61,577 bases of DNA from a virus (lineage: Duplodnaviria > Caudoviricetes). Each line of letters begins with the position of its first letter. The stretch's first letter is position 1. Where the stretch lies: IMG/VR virus record IMGVR_UViG_3300033153_010015, positions 1-61,577 of that record; one strand, written 5' to 3'. The translations under genes and the position numbers were made by a program. Below, piece by piece: positions 8,226 to 16,858 of this stretch. A model generated the notes under the pieces. That model was given only the letters and a program-made list of their open reading frames with translations, made no database searches and was not told the DNA's origin.

Positions 8226-9075
8226 CGGCCTGTTCCTTACCCTTCAGCAGTTCCTCGTACCCCTCGACCAGGCGGATGGATTCCTCGGTGCGCTTGGCCG
8301 CCCCCATCGTTCCGTTCCGGGTCTGGTGGCCCAGGTCGCGCCTCAGGTTCTCCAGGTGATCGCCGACTTCCTTGCGTCGTTCTTGGAGGGCTTGGGCTGG
8401 AGTCTTCTTGGGGGTGAGGGTGATGTATCCGATGAAGGAGCAGGTCCCGTCTTTGCAAGACTGCGTCAAGGCGCTCTTGTCGATGGTCGGAACAAGCTCC
8501 TTATCTTTCAAGTATTCAGGAGTGGGCAGCGCCGGCAGGAGCTGCTCCAGGACGTCGATCGGGTAGCCGAAGACTTCCAAGATCGAGAAGGTGCCGTCTC
8601 CGTGGTCCCGGTACCGAACGGCAACGTTGTTGAGCTCGGTAAGTTGGTTGTGGTTGACCGGCGTCTGGGGTACTCCCGCATCCTTCTGGACGTACTCCTG
8701 CCCCATGGAACTGCACACCATCCCCCGGAATTCGGTATTAGTCAGCCTCTCGTTGACGGCGTTGACCTTGATAAATTCGTTGATCGATTTCGACTCAGCA
8801 ACATCTGCCCTCATCGTCTGAATGACCTCGTAGGCGGTCGGCCCGTCGTCGTTGCGCCCCTCGTTGACGCCGAGGGTGGCGCACACCTGTTTGTGTTGGC
8901 CGATGGCGTACTTGTCTTGGTTCTCTTTTTCGAACTTGTTCATGTCGTCTCCTTGGTCGGTCGCGTTTAATTTGGCTAATCGTGCCGCTGCTTTCTTGAG
9001 TGCTGCAGGGCCTAGCGTCATGGGGTAGTACATCGGCGGGATGTCCAGCCGGGGCTCTACGAGGCCCCCGCTCAC
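8218..9075 (-). CDS. Hypothetical protein (start may be ATG at 8943)
   Basis: Long ORF on the coding strand. Confidence 0.6.
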   Translation of the reverse strand: MSGGLVEPRLDIPPMYYPMTLGPAALKKAAARLAKLNATDQGDDMNKFEKENQDKYAIGQHKQVCATLGVNEGRNDDGPTAYEVIQTMRADVAESKSINEFIKVNAVNERLTNTEFRGMVCSSMGQEYVQKDAGVPQTPVNHNQLTELNNVAVRYRDHGDGTFSILEVFGYPIDVLEQLLPALPTPEYLKDKELVPTIDKSALTQSCKDGTCSFIGYITLTPKKTPAQALQERRKEVGDHLENLRRDLGHQTRNGTMGAAKRTEESIRLVEGYEELLKGKEQADD

Positions 9076-9602
9076 TTGCCCTCCTCCCAGTAATGAACCG
9101 GCAGCAGGTCGGCGGACCCCGGGACGATCAAGGCGTACTTCCGGCCGTCAATGGGAACGATGAAAGCAACCTCCCCCTCCTTGCCCGTGTCGGGGTTGAT
9201 CTGCTCCAGGATGCGGAGCTCCTGCCTTGAGTGGTAGGAGGTATCCCGGCCGTGGGTATTGCCCCGGTCGTCGGCGAGTCGGAAGCGTGGCAGTAGGTGT
9301 GATCGGCTGTCGGTATTGGTGACGGCCACAGTCAGGACCAGCCTATGACCTTCCACCCCAGATCTTTCGAGGCGTACGTGCATACCCCTGTCGGCCCTAG
9401 CGGACCACCTTGTAGCCTTCCGCACCCTTGCTGCCAGTAGTTGGCGGGGTGTTGGCTTGAGGGCCTGCTTGGCCGGTTTACGTGGTGGACCTGCTGGTGG
9501 GAGGATCTTGTAGAAGGCTACCACCAGTAGGCAGATGATCATTGTCGCCATCAGTGCGGCCAACAGGTCGCCGAGGGTGTGCTTTTCTTTGTAGTCGTTC
9601 AC
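9072..9602 (-). CDS. Membrane-anchored DUF4352-like (Ig-like) protein
   Basis: TM helix followed by LTVAVTNTD...FRLADDRGNT...INPDTGKEGEVAFIVP. Confidence 0.6.
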   Translation of the reverse strand: MNDYKEKHTLGDLLAALMATMIICLLVVAFYKILPPAGPPRKPAKQALKPTPRQLLAARVRKATRWSARADRGMHVRLERSGVEGHRLVLTVAVTNTDSRSHLLPRFRLADDRGNTHGRDTSYHSRQELRILEQINPDTGKEGEVAFIVPIDGRKYALIVPGSADLLPVHYWEEGK

Positions 9603-9835
9603 TTGCTGCGCTCCTTGAGTGATTGGTGTGCCTTGGTGATAAATGCTCCAACGGGGTCGGGTCGCATGGTGCGGCCTAACTCCGACAGGCTCCACGACCT
9701 GCTCAGGTTGTAGTGGTTGAACGTGACGGTGGCTTGGACATGGTCGCAAGCCTTGTTGACGATAATTACCTCGGTGGCCTTGTCAATGAGTCCAAGGCTG
9801 TTGGCTGTTTCCAGTACGGTTTTCGTTCGGTTCAT
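9599..9835 (-). CDS. Hypothetical protein
   Basis: ATGA coupling with the upstream gene. Confidence 0.6.
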   Translation of the reverse strand: MNRTKTVLETANSLGLIDKATEVIIVNKACDHVQATVTFNHYNLSRSWSLSELGRTMRPDPVGAFITKAHQSLKERSK

Positions 9836-10197
9836 GTGGCGATCCACATGAAGTTGGTAGGCTGGTAAAAATCGTAACTGTAAAGGCCGTATGTTCTCAC
9901 CTCCACAGGCTCGTAAGGCTGATGCTTGACGACTGCCAACCGGCGGAGGGCCTTCTTGCGTGAGTAGTACACTTCGTGATCGTTCCACCGCTTCTGCCCG
10001 GGTACGATGTTGCAGTCACCCAAGCAGCAGGACCCTGCCCCGCCGGCACTCTCCACGTACCGGATGTTTGCTGGACTTATCTTGACTTGGGAGAGGACTC
10101 TTATTGTGGCGATGTGGGACCGCTCCCCGAGGGCGTATACCTTGTAGATTGTCTGCCCCTGCCTGAGGCTTCGTAGTGTTGGTTTCTTCTTGGCCAT
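9832..10197 (-). CDS. Hypothetical protein
   Basis: GGAGC RBS; tiled ORF. Confidence 0.65.
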   Translation of the reverse strand: MAKKKPTLRSLRQGQTIYKVYALGERSHIATIRVLSQVKISPANIRYVESAGGAGSCCLGDCNIVPGQKRWNDHEVYYSRKKALRRLAVVKHQPYEPVEVRTYGLYSYDFYQPTNFMWIAT

Positions 10198-10208
10198 TGC
10201 TCCAGCTC

Positions 10209-10454
10209 CTATACTGCGACTAAGTCGCAGAGTTTATCAGTTCGGCAGATTTTCCCGCCGGTAAGGTTCAGGTCTCGGGATACGTCGGCGAACACCTCCC
10301 CCCGTACCGTACGGAAAGCCTTGATGTCGTAGAGGAATACGGCGCCCGAAGGGGCCGCAGCGGTGACCAAGTCGCCTACGTTCCAGACCTTGCCCGTATC
10401 GGGACAGGTGGTGGCCTGTTCGGTTAATTGCGTATCGTGGTAGTTGCTGATCAT
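10209..10454 (-). CDS. Hypothetical protein
   Basis: Tiled ORF. Confidence 0.6.
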   Translation of the reverse strand: MISNYHDTQLTEQATTCPDTGKVWNVGDLVTAAAPSGAVFLYDIKAFRTVRGEVFADVSRDLNLTGGKICRTDKLCDLVAV

Positions 10455-10675
10455 GATCTGTTGACCTCGGTGCCGTCGTCGTTGTACAGTTCGACGGATA
10501 CAAAGTTGAGGCTTGTGCCTACAGCCCGGGTTATGCTTTCAACGTCGGATTGTTCCAGCTTGGTTGCATCGTTGAAGGTGTTGTTGTAGATACTGCATGC
10601 GGCTAGTTGCCCATTGTCGTCCTTCTTGATCCACCTGTTCATGGTGTCCGAGTCGCCTATAATGCAAGCTTTCAT
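10451..10675 (-). CDS. Hypothetical protein
   Basis: Tiled ORF. Confidence 0.6.
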   Translation of the reverse strand: MKACIIGDSDTMNRWIKKDDNGQLAACSIYNNTFNDATKLEQSDVESITRAVGTSLNFVSVELYNDDGTEVNRS

Positions 10676-10676
10676 G

Positions 10677-10856
10677 CTACCAAGCCCCCAGCTGTTTATG
10701 GTTAATGGCCTTAGTCCCGGTCAAGGCCCTCTTAAAGGCCTCCCACGCGTCCGCTACCTGTTCTTTGGTCTTGTCGCCCGTGTAGCCGTGTACGGCTCGG
10801 AATTGTCGGGTTGCCTGTCGGCGTGTGAGTCGGTGGGTGTGTTTACTGTTGCGCAT
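10677..10856 (-). CDS. Small basic protein (not in the ORF track)
   Basis: MRNSKHTHRLTRRQATRQFRAVHG...; GGAGC RBS; fills the gap. Confidence 0.5.
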   Translation of the reverse strand: MRNSKHTHRLTRRQATRQFRAVHGYTGDKTKEQVADAWEAFKRALTGTKAINHKQLGAW

Positions 10857-11052
10857 GCTCCAGCTCCTCGATTACGGTGTATCCGGTTAGGGTGTAGGTG
10901 TCGGCCCATGAGCCCTGGCAGTCAAGGCAAAACGTCTCTTGACTGGCCCCGCCGCAGGACATTACGACCTCCAGCCCCTCGATCTGTTCACTGCCGCAGA
11001 AGGGGCAACAGGTGCCTCCTTGCTCGGCGTGCTGTTCGGGTGTATTAGGCAT
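10843..11052 (-). CDS. Zn-ribbon protein
   Basis: CCPFCGS...CLDCQGSW. Confidence 0.65.
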   Translation of the reverse strand: MPNTPEQHAEQGGTCCPFCGSEQIEGLEVVMSCGGASQETFCLDCQGSWADTYTLTGYTVIEELEHAQQ

Positions 11053-12042
11053 GTTCCGGACCCTCGATCTGTTCATCGGTCAGGGCTTCGTATCGTTCAA
11101 AGAGGGATGCGGGGAGAGTATCCGAACGATGGCTATCCTCGTCGTACAAGCTTTTAAGGACAAATGCAACGTAATCCTTCTTTGCCATGTACTGGTTCTT
11201 CTGCCGACTCAGCTCAAAGCCGTATGACCCCTCGTGAACCAGGCTAAAGATGAATTCAAAGAATGACCCGTATCCGCAATGTTCCTGCATCTTGTGAGAC
11301 TCTTTACTCAGGTTGATGCAGTAGGTACCGATCATGGTCCCCGAGGCCTTGAACGCCCCGCGGTCGATACGGAAGACGTCTTGGGCGTGCATGGCCACGA
11401 ATTCGCGGAACTCCTCGAACCGCTTCCCCTCCTTTGACTCCCAGCCTTCGGGGATAATGGCGACCAGTTCGCCCCCCCCGGCTTGAGGAACTTAAACGCG
11501 TGGTAGATGTGCGTCATGTACGCTTGAGGGTCCCCGGCCACACTAAAGGGGGGATTCATGGCGGCGAGGTCGTAACGAGGCCACGGCTTGACGTCAAGAA
11601 AGTCCATATCCCAGACATTGTACTTTTTCCGCTTGAGTATTGCGGAATTGATATCAAGACACCCCACGCAACAGACCTGCACATCTTCCCACTTATCGGT
11701 GCAGGCATCGGCAATAGCCCCTTGACCCGCACTAGGCTCCAACACGTGCTGAGGGCATCCCCTTACCGTACAGAGCATGTCCTCGATCACCTCTGAAGGC
11801 GTGGGGAAATAGGCGGTTGCGTTCTTCGGTGGGAGCGCTCCGCTTGCGACGTATTCGGCGATGGCGTCGGTAGGGTCGTAGGTGAACTCGTGAACCCGTT
11901 GGCGACCCTTCCACTTGCCCCAAAGGCGTTTCAACACTTCATCAACCTTCTGGTAGGTGTCCCGGTCAAGGTCCCCACAATTCAACTTGAGAGTGTGGCC
12001 CTTGATCTCGGCACCTTTCAAAATGTTCTGTACTGTATCCAT
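11045..12042 (-). pseudogene. DNA N6-adenine methyltransferase interrupted by a frameshift in a G8 tract (phase-variable, recoded or broken)
   Basis: YFPTP, VLEPSAGQG (SAM binding) and MNPPF (catalytic) motifs; after LKPGG the MTase-like continuation ELVAIIPEGW...GAFKASGT lies in the -1 frame; G8 at 11472-11479. Confidence 0.85.
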
Positions 12043-12045
12043 GGT

Positions 12046-12285
12046 CTATTGCTCTTTGCTTGGTTGCTTGTTGATCCACTCCCCGAGGTTTTCCCCGGTG
12101 CCGTATCGGTTATCGAAGAGGAACAAGGCATCTACGACTTTTACCACAAGTCCACGGTCAGCGGCCATATCAAAATCGAGTTTCCAAGACTGGTGAGGGT
12201 GCCGGACCGCAACGCAATAGTTTTGTGGCATCTGGCGGACCGTATTGGACCCTTTGCAGTAAACTAGGTGGTTAGGCTTGGCCAT
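12046..12285 (-). CDS. Hypothetical early protein
   Basis: AAGGAGCAA leader. Confidence 0.65.
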   Translation of the reverse strand: MAKPNHLVYCKGSNTVRQMPQNYCVAVRHPHQSWKLDFDMAADRGLVVKVVDALFLFDNRYGTGENLGEWINKQPSKEQ

Positions 12286-12288
12286 GTT

Positions 12289-12582
12289 CTATTGCTCCTT
12301 TACTGGCGGCAACAGTACCGCCTTGCCCGTTTCAGTTAATCCGTGAATCGCCAGCCACTCAAGGCGAGGCGTACCGTCGAAGGTGTAGGTAGGGTCCGTT
12401 TGTGCTTTGATGATGTTTCCGAAGAATAGCCCTATTAGGATCTCAGAGAAGGAATGTAGAACGACCCTAGAGCCGACCATAACCCGCCAGTGATTAGGGT
12501 AGCCTCCGCGACGGTTGGCGTCCCGGTTGGACTTGCGCCGCCTTCTGACTTCCCTCCTATGCCAGTCGATTACCATAACCAT
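12289..12582 (-). CDS. Hypothetical early protein
   Basis: Tiled ORF. Confidence 0.55.
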   Translation of the reverse strand: MVMVIDWHRREVRRRRKSNRDANRRGGYPNHWRVMVGSRVVLHSFSEILIGLFFGNIIKAQTDPTYTFDGTPRLEWLAIHGLTETGKAVLLPPVKEQ

Positions 12583-13031
12583 ACATACTCCTCAGGGTCG
12601 GCGGTCTGAGGTTCACCGTTGCCACATTGCCGAATGGTGCCGTCCTTCTCAACGTGCCAGCGTTCACAGATATCAGGCCTCATTGTATCCTGCCGATAAA
12701 AACAAGCCACCGTGCGCCCCTTCAAGGCTTCGTCCATGAGGTACTGAAGCTTGATAGTGGTACGAAACCTGCGCTTTTCGATAAGGCTAAAAGTGCCGTG
12801 CCGTTGAGTGAGTCGGAAGCGTGCCAGTAAGTCCTCGCCCTTGGCCTCCTTACGGTCGGCAATGGCCTGCAGTGCGTCTCCCTTCGTGACTTGCTCCCCG
12901 GAGGCCTCCCAATGCTTGTATCCATCTTCCATAATCTCCGCCTCTTTACAGAACGAGAGGACGAAGGGGGCGCCGCTTGCATAGATGGAGATGCGCCGGC
13001 CTGTAGTGGTTCTGCGTACCTTGCGTGCCAT
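12570..13031 (-). CDS. Hypothetical early protein
   Basis: Tiled ORF. Confidence 0.6.
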   Translation of the reverse strand: MARKVRRTTTGRRISIYASGAPFVLSFCKEAEIMEDGYKHWEASGEQVTKGDALQAIADRKEAKGEDLLARFRLTQRHGTFSLIEKRRFRTTIKLQYLMDEALKGRTVACFYRQDTMRPDICERWHVEKDGTIRQCGNGEPQTADPEEYVWLW

Positions 13032-13034
13032 AGT

Positions 13035-13355
13035 CTAGCCCTCGACCGTTACGGGGTGATTCTTGAGCATTGCGCGGTATTCCGCTGTAGTCGTTTTGAT
13101 CGTGCCAAGTTCGACCGATGGAAAGACGATCGATTTCCGGTACTTATCGGGGATGCAACTGCGGCCCTCGTATCCTTCATCATATACGCCGACGATAGTG
13201 CCGTCCTCGTGCATGTCGTAAACCACGTAGCATCGCTTGGGATTACCGTTAGGGGTGTGGCCTGCGTTGAGGTGCACGATTGCGTATCGTGTGCGTTTCT
13301 TGCGCTTCTGCTCTGCAACCTCGGGATGCTCTTTAGTTCCGAATTTATAAGCCAT
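13035..13355 (-). CDS. Hypothetical early protein
   Basis: AAGGAGCAAG leader. Confidence 0.7.
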   Translation of the reverse strand: MAYKFGTKEHPEVAEQKRKKRTRYAIVHLNAGHTPNGNPKRCYVVYDMHEDGTIVGVYDEGYEGRSCIPDKYRKSIVFPSVELGTIKTTTAEYRAMLKNHPVTVEG

Positions 13356-13380
13356 AATACTTGCTCCTTAGTTGAGCGGG

Positions 13381-13455
13381 TTAGATTGACGTCGCGATAA
13401 TGATGATTAATCCAATGCCCGCCATTACAGCGGGAATGATGTTGTGAATGTTCAT
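13381..13455 (-). CDS. 24-aa hydrophobic micro-protein
   Basis: MNIHNIIPAVMAGIGLIIIIATSI; ATGA-coupled to the upstream gene. Confidence 0.4.
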   Translation of the reverse strand: MNIHNIIPAVMAGIGLIIIIATSI

Positions 13456-14081
13456 CGTTGGAAAGCCGGATAATCCTTTTCGAGGGAGTGATCGCCAAAC
13501 TCACAGTAGGGTACCACGATGCTCTCGGCAGTCTCATAGTCGGTGACCGAATCGAGTCCTACTCCCGTCCCCATTGCCTGCATGGCAAGGTAATGGCCAA
13601 AGTGTTCTTCATCGGCAGGACAGTCTCCCCCTTCGTTCTGTTGGCACTTCAGGAGCAATTGAGCGACGCTAGTCCTATTAGCCCTCTCAACGTCAATAAT
13701 GCAAGTGCGGGCTGCATGGTACGCCGCAGGGTCGATCTCTTCCGGCATATGGTCCATAATCTCCAGACCACCAAATGAATCGGCGTCCTCGTTTTCCTCC
13801 TGCATACAGGCCCATGCTGAAGCAAAGAAAGCCTTTGCTACGTTCTCTCGGATTTCGTCGGCGTCGATATCCTCAACGGTGGGGACTTCTGCCAAAAAGA
13901 ATTCGCTTTCTTCACCGTTCAAGGTTACGCCGTCTGTCCACGTGAGGCCGATAGAATGAGCGTTAGAGCTACAGCGGATGAAGTAGCCGCCTTTCTTGCC
14001 CTTCATTACGTCGTAACCCTCGTGCGTCCAGTGTACCGACTTGCCCGCGTCTACTGCGGTTTTGATTTCCTGTAAGTTCAT
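13452..14081 (-). CDS. Hypothetical early protein (acidic, two-domain)
   Basis: Repeated leader before ATG at 14081. Confidence 0.7.
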   Translation of the reverse strand: MNLQEIKTAVDAGKSVHWTHEGYDVMKGKKGGYFIRCSSNAHSIGLTWTDGVTLNGEESEFFLAEVPTVEDIDADEIRENVAKAFFASAWACMQEENEDADSFGGLEIMDHMPEEIDPAAYHAARTCIIDVERANRTSVAQLLLKCQQNEGGDCPADEEHFGHYLAMQAMGTGVGLDSVTDYETAESIVVPYCEFGDHSLEKDYPAFQR

Positions 14082-14120
14082 GGTGCCTTGCTCCTTATTC
14101 GTGTTATCGTTGGTTAATCG
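14079..14120 (-). repeat. Early-gene leader repeat (GATTAACC..CGA.AACACGAATAAGGAGCAAG..ACCATG)
   Basis: Near-identical to 14602-14642. Confidence 0.85.
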
Positions 14121-14166
14121 TGCGACCATTAGCCCCTACGGTTGCAAGGGCTAGGGGGTCGATCGA

Positions 14167-14604
14167 CTAGCGGCAGTCTTTACAGGTGCAAGGATCACCA
14201 CAAACCAAAGTGTCCCATAGTTCCGCGTACGCCCATTGCCGAAGCTTGCCAACGGTGGGGCCTAGGCGCCGATTGCTTACCTCCCGCATGAGTGTCTGCT
14301 TATCCTGCCGAAAGTCAACGATTTCGTCAAGCCTCATGGCCTGAATACGTGCCTCATGCTGGATAGGGGCATGGGCGACCGCAAAACCACTGGCAGTGTG
14401 CGTAACCGTATAGTTGCCGTCTTGGTTAACCGACTTATGAACCGCCAGGCCGTTGAAAGTCAAGGCATCGACCGTCCGCACCTTCCCCCCTTTCGGTCCC
14501 GCAAGGTCGACCGATCCTTTCTTGAATCGAATATTGCGGACCTTGCTCTTGAGGTGATTCTCGTGAGCGTCCCGCTCGATTAGTTCGCGTGTCTTGGTTT
14601 CCAT
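14167..14604 (-). CDS. Hypothetical early protein
   Basis: Repeated leader. Confidence 0.7.
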   Translation of the reverse strand: METKTRELIERDAHENHLKSKVRNIRFKKGSVDLAGPKGGKVRTVDALTFNGLAVHKSVNQDGNYTVTHTASGFAVAHAPIQHEARIQAMRLDEIVDFRQDKQTLMREVSNRRLGPTVGKLRQWAYAELWDTLVCGDPCTCKDCR

Positions 14605-14642
14605 GGTACTTGCTCCTTATTCGTGTTGTCGTCGGTTAATCG
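14602..14642 (-). repeat. Early-gene leader repeat
   Basis: Near-identical to 14079-14120; 24 bp identical to 15078-15101. Confidence 0.85.
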
Positions 14643-14645
14643 GTA

Positions 14646-15080
14646 CTAGCTCAAAATCCAAGTATACGCAGTCTCCCCACAATCCGACAACTTGACCGCC
14701 ATGGAGCTGTTATTCGAAATGCCAATGACACCATCCATCTCCCCAGATGCAACCCGCATGCATTCGGACATGTCCCAAAGGATATGCTTTTCGGGGTCGT
14801 CGGTTTCTTCGGGTTCAAGGTAGAGCGTCTCCTCTGCCAAGTCGTCGAGGTTGCTATCGGCTACTGCCTGCCATGCTTCGGAAAGATCGCAGTAGTGTAC
14901 CACGGGGCGTGCCTTGAAGGTCGGCAGGTTGATGATTGCCAAAGCGTCTACAATGTCGCTTTCGGTAGTGAGGCATGTAAAGTCCTGAATGTATTCGGTC
15001 AATTCCTGCAGGTTGCTGGCGTCGCGCCCTTCATCCTTGAAGCTTTCGAGTAGTCCGCTGATTTCTTCTAGTCGTGCCAT
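14646..15080 (-). CDS. Hypothetical acidic early protein
   Basis: Repeated leader; very Asp/Glu-rich. Confidence 0.7.
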   Translation of the reverse strand: MARLEEISGLLESFKDEGRDASNLQELTEYIQDFTCLTTESDIVDALAIINLPTFKARPVVHYCDLSEAWQAVADSNLDDLAEETLYLEPEETDDPEKHILWDMSECMRVASGEMDGVIGISNNSSMAVKLSDCGETAYTWILS

Positions 15081-15101
15081 GGTACTTGCTCCTTATTCGT
15101 G
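15078..15101 (-). repeat. Early-gene leader repeat
   Basis: CACGAATAAGGAGCAAGTACCATG, identical to 14602-14625. Confidence 0.85.
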
Positions 15102-15108
15102 GTTTCGG

Positions 15109-15294
15109 TTATTTGTTCAGATCGTTAACGAGTGCGAATTCATCGAAGCTTACGGTCCACTCATTACCCCGAATACGTGAGTAGAGGCGGATTTGTTGCC
15201 TCTGCGTATCAATCCAGACCACCCCTTTAGCAGAGTTCCGAACCCTACGCATTACGGTCTTGATTTTCTTGGCGGTAAGTATCTCGTTTTCCAT
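15109..15294 (-). CDS. Hypothetical early protein
   Basis: AGGAGCAAG leader. Confidence 0.7.
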   Translation of the reverse strand: MENEILTAKKIKTVMRRVRNSAKGVVWIDTQRQQIRLYSRIRGNEWTVSFDEFALVNDLNK

Positions 15295-15327
15295 AATACT
15301 TGCTCCTGTCTTGTGGTTTCGTTTCGA

Positions 15328-15483
15328 TTACTTGATCGTATGCAGTGCAGCGTCGAAGATGATTCTACTACCCTGATAGATGCGCGCTACGGGTTGGGCC
15401 ACCTTGATACCCTTGCGAGCCATTACGGCTTGGAGGTAGCTGGTATGCTTCGAAGTGGTGGTAGTGTGGTAGGTGGTGGCCAT
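15328..15483 (-). CDS. Small early protein, 51 aa (not in the ORF track)
   Basis: AAGGAGCAAG leader; MATTYHTTTTSKHTSYLQAVMARKG... Confidence 0.6.
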   Translation of the reverse strand: MATTYHTTTTSKHTSYLQAVMARKGIKVAQPVARIYQGSRIIFDAALHTIK

Positions 15484-15495
15484 GGTGCTTGCTCC

Positions 15496-16287
15496 TTACA
15501 TTTTCCAGTCGTTTACAGTTACAGTCACTCTCCCCAGGCTGCGGACTTCGTCCCGCACTTCGGCCATGGATAGATCTGCTTTGAACGTGTGTCCCATCCT
15601 AGCCTCTGCTTCGACGTACTGGTCGAGCAGCTTCGGGTTGTGCTGTCCTGCCAGGACCAGGGCGCTTTTGGGTGCGTAGATGCAGAAGCAACAAGAAAGC
15701 CGAGGCATCCCCAGGTCGTAGGCGAAGTGGTGCGGAACGCCAGAGGCTTTGATATTTGCCCACACGTCGCCGACGGGCCAGGCTTGAATGGCCAGCCAGT
15801 CGTCTACCTTACGTTTACTGGTCTTCGTGCTGGCCCTGGTGTTACGCTTGAAAGGTTCAAGCTTTGCCCTGGCTGGTGATTCTTCGGCACGCATACCCAT
15901 ACAGTTCAAGATTCGAATATCAGACGCCAGGGTGCGGGAAAGTTCAGTAAAGAGCTTGTTGATCTGGTCCCGCTTCAAGTCGCTGGTGCACCATCTGTTT
16001 GTCGGGGAGGGCCACTTGCCTCTGGCCTCGGCGTATTCGAGTAAATCACCCTTAGGCCTGGCCATGTGCCAGAAGGGGACGTCGTAGAGCTTTGCCTGGT
16101 CTTCTGCCAGGTCTTTGCACCCTTCCCACTCAATGCGCCCCAGGTCGGCGTGTGCGGCGACGATTTGGCCCTTGAAGCGTTGAGACTCTGCCAGGGTGGC
16201 CACGTAGTCCAGTAACGTCTGAGAGTCCTTGCCTGAGCTGGTATTGATCACCAGGACGTCGTAGTCGTTGAGGTCTGGTACCAACAT
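15496..16287 (-). CDS. Phosphoadenosine phosphosulfate (PAPS) reductase family protein
   Basis: PP-loop SSGKDS, RWCTSDLK, GMRAEES.AR and RLSCCFC. Confidence 0.85.
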   Translation of the reverse strand: MLVPDLNDYDVLVINTSSGKDSQTLLDYVATLAESQRFKGQIVAAHADLGRIEWEGCKDLAEDQAKLYDVPFWHMARPKGDLLEYAEARGKWPSPTNRWCTSDLKRDQINKLFTELSRTLASDIRILNCMGMRAEESPARAKLEPFKRNTRASTKTSKRKVDDWLAIQAWPVGDVWANIKASGVPHHFAYDLGMPRLSCCFCIYAPKSALVLAGQHNPKLLDQYVEAEARMGHTFKADLSMAEVRDEVRSLGRVTVTVNDWKM

Positions 16288-16568
16288 TATCGAACCCTCA
16301 CGGCCAGGACGTATTCGCGGATATCCTCTACACGCTCGACATTGATGCCTGTATCCTTCGGCAGGTTGAAGTAGACCGGGTTAGAGGAGAGGCTCTTGTG
16401 TCGATACATACGCAGCAACTTGTCGCCGTCCCGTACCTGGGACAATACGCATTGGGTGTCCAGCCCGTCGAGGACGTTCAACACGGCGCGCTTGTCGGCG
16501 TTAGTGTTAATGTGTAGGGGGCTGCCTGTCAGCATTGCGGCTACTGTTGCTGTTTCTCTCTGATTCAT
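16287..16568 (-). CDS. Hypothetical protein, first gene of the early operon
   Basis: AGGAGCAAG leader downstream of the consensus promoter. Confidence 0.7.
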   Translation of the reverse strand: MNQRETATVAAMLTGSPLHINTNADKRAVLNVLDGLDTQCVLSQVRDGDKLLRMYRHKSLSSNPVYFNLPKDTGINVERVEDIREYVLAVRVR

Positions 16569-16623
16569 TCTGCTTGCTCCTGATTCGAGTTGCGGTTAAG
16601 CCAGTGTGGCCTGTTCATACCCC

Positions 16624-16652
16624 ACTATACAGGCACCTTTTGTATCTGTCAA
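16624..16652 (-). promoter_or_regulatory. Strong sigma70 early promoter
   Basis: TTGACA-N17-TATAGT with an AT-rich upstream region. Confidence 0.85.
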
Positions 16653-16802
16653 CGTGTTTAGTGTAATTAATTGTATCTCTTATCAAAAGCACCCTGAAAG
16701 CGCTCTCGCCGAATAGTCTCCCCCTATATAGACTATAGAGGATATGTATCTATTGCTCTGGGATACCTAATCCGTATGGTGAGACTGAAAGGTAGATTTC
16801 TG

Positions 16803-16848
16803 TATTTTTTATACATTTAATCGGATAATACTATATGTATAAAAAATA
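16803..16848. repeat. Perfect 14-bp inverted repeat
   Basis: TATTTTTTATACAT (16803-16816) / ATGTATAAAAAATA (16835-16848). Confidence 0.85.
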
Positions 16849-16858
16849 TTTGTTATAT

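Noticed and set aside
13353-16600. CRISPR array or integron attC sites in the early region
   Set aside because: The repeats are separated by whole genes of variable length, are not palindromic, contain the RBS, and no cas or integrase gene is present.
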